From positions 28,059,778-28,123,777 of the forward strand of contig CM119264.1 of assembly GCA_051294375.1 (NCBI GenBank): a stretch of 64,000 bases of DNA, written 5' to 3'. Below the pieces are notes generated by a model. It was not told the origin of the DNA. It saw nothing but the letters and a program-made list of their open reading frames with translations, and did no database searches. Origin of the DNA: Paraspadella gotoi (lineage: Eukaryota; Animalia; Chaetognatha). Below, one piece after another: positions 60,750 to 64,000 of this stretch. Position 1 is the stretch's first letter. The number at the start of each line of letters is the position of its first letter. A program made the translations under genes and the position numbers.

Positions 60750-61693
60750 AGGGAGACGAGATTAACCCGGTTTTTCTTAATTGAAAACTTTATTAAGGGA
60801 AATTAGAAAAACGACAAAAGAAAGAAAAAAAATCCGGAACCTGATTGTGGTTTTTTTGTTTTTTGTTTTGTTTTGTTTTGTTTTGCGTCGTCGTCGTCGT
60901 TGTTCCCTTTTTGGTTGGCGACCCTCATGGCCTTCATCGAATGTCAAGTCGTAAGGGGCCGACGGAACTAAACGAAGAAATAAAATAGAAAATTAAATGA
61001 ATTAATTTGAAAATTATGAAGTGACTGTTAGATTGGAGCTCTGGGGAACGAAAACGTTATTTGAGTGAACAAACAAGGATATTCAGACGAGAGATAATAT
61101 GATTATTTTTTTTTTTCTGAAATAAAAGAGACAAAAAATATTTTGCTCCTATTGTTTGGGAAAAAGTATCATAAAATGCAATATATTTATAGTAATATCA
61201 TTATAAAATTATAAATTTCAAAACATTTTTGAAAATTTTTATTACAGATTCCGATTCTTAATAAAAAGTTAAACCAAAAACATGTTATTAAAAATTCCCA
61301 TGTCTTCAGACTATAGTCTAAATTTAGAGTACATTGTGAAGGCATTTGCGGATTTATATTACGAAAAACAATTGAACTAAAGTGTTACGAACTGCAGCTT
61401 ACAAACGTATAAACGTATAAATATAAATTATAATTATAAACGTACAAACGTTTAAAAAAAATCTTAATTTTTCTTGTTCGATATCACGTTGTAACGATAC
61501 AATGTAACTTACCCTGTTACGTCATCGATTTCAACGCAAATTTTCTTTCAACCATCCTCTTCCAATTGTTATTGTTCTGTCCTCTGCTTAAAATTATTAG
61601 ACCTTTTATTAAATTGCCCATTTTAAGAAGGACCACCACTTTTCTCCCTATCTCTCTCTCTCTCTCTCNNNNNNNNNNNNNNNNNNNNNNNNN

Positions 61694-61767
<74 letters not shown>

Positions 61768-62657
61768 GGAGAAAAGTGGTGGTCCTTCTTAAAATGGGCA
61801 ATTTAATAAAAGGTCTAATAATTTTAGCAGAGGACAGAACAATAACAATTGGAAGAGGATGGTTGAAAGAAAATTTGCGTTGAAATCGATGACGTAACAG
61901 GGTAAGTTACATTGTATCGTTACAACGTGATATCGAACAAGAAAAATTAAGATTTTTTTTAAACGTTTGTACGTTTATAATTATAATTTATATTTATACG
62001 TTTATACGTTTGTAAGCTGCAGTTCGTAACCACTTTAGTTCAATTGTTTTTCGTAATATAAATCCGCAAATCATTCATCACAATGTACTCTAAATTTAGA
62101 CTATAGTCTGAGACATGGGAATTTTTAATAACATGTTTTTGGTTTAACTTTATTAAGAATCGGAATCTGTAATAAAAATTTTCAAAAATGTTTTGAAATT
62201 TATAATTTTATAATGATATTACTATAAATATATTGCATTTTATGATACTTTTTCCCAAACAATAGGAGCAAAATATTTTTTGTCTCTTTTATTTCAGAAA
62301 AAAAAAAATAATCATATTATCTCTCGTCTGAATATCCTTGTTTGTTCACTCAAATAACGTTTCGTCCCAGAGCTCCAATCTAACAGTCACTTCATAATTT
62401 TCAAATTAATTCATTTAATTTTCTATTTTATTTCTTCGTTAGTTCCGTCGGCCCCTTACGACTTGACATTCGATGAAGGCCATGAGGGTCGCCAACCAAA
62501 AAGGGAACAACGACGACGACGACGCAAAACAAAACAAAACAAAACAAAAAAAAAAAAAACCACAATCAGGTTCCGGATTTTTTTTCTTTCTTTTGTCGTT
62601 TTCTAATTTCCCTTAATAAAGTTTTCAATTAAGAAAAACCGGGTTAATCTCGTCTCC

Positions 62658-62695
<38 letters not shown>

Positions 62696-62717
62696 GAGAG
62701 AGAGAGAGAGTGAGAGT

Positions 62718-62757
<40 letters not shown>

Positions 62758-63716
62758 GAAAAAAAAAACAAAAGATTACGTCGCCCCTCGTGGACGTTTT
62801 CAATTCATTTGTGGGAAGGCGGCAGGGGGAAGATGGCAGGAAGAGAGAAAAAGAGAAAGAGGAAAAAGAAGAAAGAAAGAGAGGAAAAAGAAAAAAGGAA
62901 GGTGGAAAGAGAAAGGAAGAAAAAGAGAAAAGAGAAAGAAAGAGAGGAAAAGAAAAAGGAAGGTGGAAAAGAGAAAGGAAGAAAAAGAGAAACAGAAGAA
63001 AGAAAGAGAGGAAAAGAAAAAGGAAGGTGGAAAAGAGAAGAAAGAAAAAGAGAAAAAAGAAGGTGGAAAAGAGAAAGGAAGAAAAAGAGAAAAGAAAAAA
63101 TAAGAAAGGAAAGAGAAAAAGGAAGGTGGAAAAGAGAAAGGAAGAAAAGAGAAAAAGAAGAAAGAAAGAGAGGAAAAAGAAAAGGAAGTGGAAAAGGAGA
63201 GGAAGAAAAGAGAAAAAAGAAAGAAAGAGAGGAAAAAGAAAAAAGGAAGGTGGAAAAGAGAAAGGAAGAAAAAGAGAAAAAGAAGAAAGAAAGAAAGGAA
63301 AGAGAAAAAGAAGGTGGAAAAGAGAAGGAAGAAAAAGAGAAAAGAAAAAATAAAGAAAGGAAAGAGAAAAAGGAAGGTGGAAAGAGAAAGGAAGAAAAAG
63401 AGAAACAGAAGAAAGAAAGAGAGGAAAAAGAAAAAAGGAAGGTGGAAAAGAGAAAGGAAAGAAAAAGAGAAAAAGAAGAAAGAAAGAAAGGAAAGAGAAA
63501 AAGAGGTGGAAAAGAGAAAGGGAAGAAAAGAAAAAGAAAAAAGAAAGAAAGGAAAGAGAAAAAGGAAGGTGGAAAAGAGAAAGGAAGAAAATGGAAGAAG
63601 TAAGAAAGAAAAAGGCGAGCGCTTCACGAGATTTGTCACTGAGGTCCAAATTTTAATTTATTGTACTGGTTAATTACTTAACAAATAAACAATTACTCCA
63701 AGTCTGGGAGTTGTCC
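59901..63716. repeat. Fold-back duplication around N gap 61669-61693; arms also duplicate 53340-55330
   Basis: 59901-61668 is mirrored from 61694 onward; 63717-64000 resumes as a copy of about 55340-55600. Confidence 0.9.
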
Positions 63717-64000
63717 TTCTCTCTCTCTCTCTCCTCTGCCTTTCTCGAACTCAATTTCTTTTAGAAGCACTTGTTTTGCTTTGACTTTTGTTAATATCAT
63801 TAAAGAATAATAAAAGCTTTAAAATGAGATTAGTTTTTAACCTTTTATTTTACTTTTTTTCATTTTTTTTTCTTATTCGTTTTATGGTTGATGCGTTGCT
63901 TAAGTTCATGAGTGAATTAGGAAGCGACAATTATACTGTATCCTTCCTTTAACTATTTTTCTTTTGCTTTCTTATCCTTTGATCTCTCTCTCTCTCTCTC

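Noticed and set aside
53399-63673. Long K/E/R-rich and F/S/L-rich ORFs (up to 348 aa)
   Set aside because: Translations of a purine/pyrimidine minisatellite that is open in most frames on both strands; not genes.

Overview
AT-rich, intron-containing animal (invertebrate) genomic DNA, rich in (AG)n and other microsatellites. It appears to come from an error-prone long-read assembly: there are N gaps, near-identical direct and fold-back duplications, and 1-bp indels. Nearly all ORFs in the supplied track are low-complexity artefacts; the real genes were rebuilt by hand from splice signals. (1) A spliced + strand gene (7180-33346, at least 11 exons, about 1450 aa, 5' exon missing) encodes a MACPF pore-forming domain, an unassigned beta-rich domain, a furin-like Cys-rich segment, 2 EGF domains, 2 F-type-lectin/F5-8-like domains and a C-terminal kringle. 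A partial second copy lies at 1-7105. (2) A 3-exon, 94-aa secreted prepropeptide (52387-52903), absent from the ORF track, has a C-C-CC-C-C inhibitor-cystine-knot, toxin-like mature peptide. (3) A multi-exon gene for a disordered protein of unknown function lies at about 46612-51027. Non-coding mobile DNA includes two solo LTRs with 4-bp TSDs carrying tRNA-like Pol III boxes, a 5S-rRNA-derived LTR-like repeat, several minimal hammerhead ribozymes in Penelope/retrozyme-like repeats, Helentron-type non-autonomous elements, Tc1/mariner-type MITEs and minisatellites. Family assignments rest on motifs read by eye; no database searches were run.
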